Below, in pieces: positions 61,966 through 64,000 of a stretch of 64,000 nucleotides of DNA. Positions within the stretch are counted from its first letter, which is position 1. Each line of letters opens with the position of its first letter. The notes under the pieces are model-generated. The model was not told the origin of the DNA. It searched no databases and saw only the letters and a program-made list of their open reading frames with translations. The position numbers and the translations under genes are program-made. Origin of the DNA: Mobula hypostoma. Its lineage: Eukaryota. Where the stretch lies: contig NC_086097.1 of assembly GCF_963921235.1 (NCBI RefSeq), positions 230,332,001 through 230,396,000 of the forward strand, in the 5' to 3' direction.

Positions 61966-64000
61966 TTAGCAGTCCGATAACTTCTCTTGATATGGAATAA
62001 GATTGATTAACTTGCAGTACAGTTAGAGTTTGGCAGGTATGGTGTTTTGGGCATCACTGAATCATGGCTGAAAGAATATTATAGCTGGGAGTTTGTCGTC
62101 TAGGGATACACATTGTATTGAAAGGACAGGCAGGTAGGCAGAGAGGGTGGGTGACTCTGTTGGTAAAAAAATGAAATCAAATCCTTAGAAAGGGGTGACA
62201 TAGTGTCTGAAGGTGTGGGGTCCTTGTGGGTAGAGCAAAGAAACTGCAAGGGTAAAAATTCCTTGATGGGAGTTGTATACAGGCTTCTGAACAGATGTGG
62301 GCTACAAATTACAACAGGAGATTTGAAAAAAGACATGTCAAAAGGGCAATGTTACCAAAAACATGGGGGATTTAAATATACAGGTAGATTGTGAAAATCA
62401 GCTTGGTGCTTGATCTCTAGAGGGGCAATTTGTAGAATGCCTATCTTTGAGCAGCTTGTGGTTGGGCCCCTCTAGGGGATCAGCTGTTCTGGACTGAGTG
62501 TTGTTCAATGAACCAGAATTAATTAGAGAGCTTAAGGTAAAGGAACCCATAGGGGTGGGGGGGATGATCATAATATGATCAAATTCACTCTGAAATTTGA
62601 GAAGGAGAAGCTAAAGTCAGATGTATCGATATTCCAGTGGAGTACAGGGAATTACAGAGGCATGAGAGAGGAGCTGGCCAAAGTTGATTGGAAGAGGACA
62701 CTAGCAGGGGTGATGACAGAGCAGCAATGGCTGGAATTTTTGTGAGGAATTTGGAAAGCGATTCATAGGTACATCCTAAAGAAGTAGTAGTATTCTAAAG
62801 GCAGGATAAAGCAACCATGGCATTCAAAGCCAGCACAAAAGCCAAAAAGAGAGCATATAATAGAGAAAAAAAAGTACGAAGTTAAGAGAATTATGAAGCT
62901 TTAAAAAAATAATAGAAGACAACTAAAAAAGTCAAAGATGGAATACGAAGGAAAACTAGCCAATAGTAGAGTTTCTTCAGATATATAAAGAGTCAAAGGG
63001 AGGCAAGAGTACTTATCAGACCTTTGGAAATTGATGCTGGAGAGGTAGTAATCAGAGACAAGGAAATGGCGGATGAACTGAGTAAGTATTTTGCATCAGT
63101 CTTCACTGTGAAAGGCACTAGCAGTATGCTGGAAGTTCAACACTGTCAGAGGGCAGAAGAAAATAAAGTTGCCATTACAAGGGAGGTGATGGGGAAACCT
63201 GGAAGGCCTGAGTCACTTGGACCAGATGGTCTACACCCAAGGGTTCTGAAAGAGGTGGCTGAAAAAACCATGGAGGCATTAGTAATGATCTTTCAAGGAT
63301 CAATAGATTCTGACATGGTTCAGGAAGACTATAAAATTGCAAATGTCACTCCATGAATGGAGAGGGGCAGAAGAAAGGCAGAAGTCAAACATCAGTGGTT
63401 GGGAAGATGTTGGAGTTCACTGTTAAGGATGTGGTTTTGAGGTACTTAGAGGCAATTGATAAAATAGGCAAAAGTCAGCATAGTTGCCTTAAGAAAAAAA
63501 TCTTGCCTGACAAATCTGTTGGAATTCCTTGAAGTAGTAACAAGCAGGGTAGATAAAGAAGAATCAGTGGTTGTTGTGTACTTGGATTTTAAGAGGACTT
63601 TTGATAAGGTGCCAAATATGAGGCTGCTTAACAAGTTGAGAATCCATAGTATGTATTACAGGAAAGACACTAACATGGATAGAGAATTGGCTGATTGGCA
63701 GGAGGCAAAGAGTGGGAATAAAGGAACCCTTTTCTGGTTGGCTGCCAGTGACGAATGGTGTTCCACAGGGGTCTGTGTTGGGACCGCTTCTTTTTACATT
63801 ATATATCAATGATTTTGAATGCTGAAATTGATGGCTTTGTTTGTGGATGATACGAAGATGTGTGGAGGGGCAGGTAGTGTTGACGAAGCAAGAAGGCTGC
63901 AGAAGGACAAGACTAGGAGAATGGGCAAAGGAGTGGCAGATAGAATACAGTGTCAGGAAGTGTATGTTCATGCACTTTGGAAGAAGAAATAAAAGCACAG

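Larger units (their letters stand above)
59820..64000 (+). mobile_element. Long degenerate CR1 LINE (ORF1 esterase region, endonuclease, RT), running off the right edge, with nested insertions
   Basis: ~60210-60395 VVTSGLLPVP...INMWLRNWC..QGFRFLDHWDLFWGRYDLYKR.GLQLN (SGNH esterase-type ORF1); LNARSI at ~61479; ORFs 63024..63356 (GPDGLHPRVLKE) and 63519..63812 (YLDFKRTFDKVP); [10 protein letters not shown] at ~63760-63787. Confidence 0.85.

Noticed and set aside
38330..64000. Upstream EPB41L3 exon (CKV.LLDG) or a second host gene, e.g. ORFs 47074..47403, 48124..48336, 49888..50244
   Set aside because: No recognisable protein similarity or exon structure; these ORFs look like chance frames or repeat-derived. 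A short divergent exon could have been missed.

Overview
Eukaryotic vertebrate genomic DNA. The repeat families (HE1-like V-SINEs, CR1, Rex1/Babar, Penelope-like palindromes) suggest a cartilaginous fish, probably a ray; this is inference. The whole window lies inside one minus-strand gene, EPB41L3 (protein 4.1B/DAL-1). Seven consecutive FERM-domain exons (38225-38329, 35134-35176, 28338-28413, 19492-19710, 15468-15555, 11196-11348, 3031-3128) have GT-AG sites and matching phases and splice into a 782-nt open frame; I did not find the neighbouring exons in the window. The rest is intron, dense in often nested mobile DNA: CR1, Rex1/Babar and RTE LINE fragments, SINEs, a near-complete Tc1 element, hAT/Charlie elements, three solo LTRs, an internally deleted Gypsy element with a tRNA-Leu PBS, a ~1 kb 17/18-bp minisatellite and many Penelope-like (PLE) pseudo-LTR derivatives. 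The most notable hidden structures are: (i) a recurring minimal hammerhead-ribozyme motif in the PLE repeats, on both strands; (ii) a ~64-bp ZNF143/NRF1-like cassette shared by DNA transposons with unrelated ends; (iii) a minisatellite apparently seeded from a SINE 5' end; (iv) two same-family solo LTRs bracketing an in-frame coding exon. Repeat boundaries without a stated TSD are approximate, and no database searches or folding computations were run.
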